This document shows positions 63,938 through 64,000 of a DNA stretch of 64,000 nt, piece by piece. Under the pieces are notes generated by a model. The model saw nothing but the letters and a program-made list of their open reading frames with translations. It searched no databases and was not told the origin of the DNA. Position 1 is the first letter of the stretch; the number at the start of each line of letters is the position of its first letter. This stretch comes from Candidatus Binatia bacterium (GTDB taxonomy: Bacteria; Desulfobacterota; Binatia; Bin18), in contig JAJEFA010000007.1 of the NCBI GenBank assembly GCA_022820725.1, positions 221,215-285,214 of the forward strand. Reading direction: 5' to 3'. The position numbers and the translations under genes were made by a program.

Positions 63938-64000
63938 CTAGAGATTATATAAGCGCTTGGCGTTCTCGCCAATGATTTTTTGCTGGGCACGAGTCGAGAG
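63938..64000 (-). CDS. amidohydrolase_2 family protein, C-terminal fragment (gene runs off the window end)
   Basis: The reverse translation ...LSTRAQQKIIGENAKRLYNL* matches the conserved C-terminal (I/L)LGxNAxRLY motif of the other amidohydrolase_2 paralogs in the window. Confidence 0.5.
   Translation of the reverse strand, partial: LSTRAQQKIIGENAKRLYNL

Overview
GC-rich bacterial chromosomal segment (roughly 60% GC by eye, not computed). It is densely packed with about 60 CDS, almost all oxidative or hydrolytic catabolic enzymes, and several families are strongly expanded. These are luciferase-like (LLM) flavin/F420 oxidoreductases (6 intact plus 1 fragment), amidohydrolase_2 (5, one truncated by the window end), SnoaL/NTF2-like proteins (5), SDRs (4), type I Baeyer-Villiger monooxygenases (3) and ACAD-fold proteins (3). 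Single-copy genes include a DhaA-type haloalkane dehalogenase, a Rieske oxygenase, a PAPS sulfotransferase, an FGE-domain protein, a Nu-class GST, 2OG and PhyH dioxygenases, a CadI-like protein and two MFS-type transporters. I recognised no rRNA, tRNA, CRISPR array, transposase or integrase, and only one transcription factor (TetR). Three patches look AT-richer than their surroundings: a PIN/Phd toxin-antitoxin module (11.6-12.2 kb), an orphan 204-aa gene (40.5-41.2 kb), and a DUF4238 gene (54.0-54.9 kb) flanked by imperfect direct repeats. The main lead is that ORFs 6620-7366 and 7532-8263 form one in-frame gene of the linalool dehydratase/isomerase (LDI) family, interrupted only by two UGA codons nine codons apart. 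By eye these align with the two active-site cysteines of Ldi (C-EPDNYFVQ-C). A SECIS-like hairpin with a GGUCU loop follows the second UGA, so this is a candidate di-selenocysteine enzyme. Secondary leads are a single-chain triple RidA/YjgF fusion, a six-gene co-directional cluster containing a GS-like ligase, and a sulfotransferase embedded among amidohydrolase_2 paralogs. Further leads are a BVMO-esterase pair, a BVMO-transporter-Rieske operon, and an alpha/beta-hydrolase that lacks its nucleophile. All family assignments come from motif recognition by eye. No database search was run.
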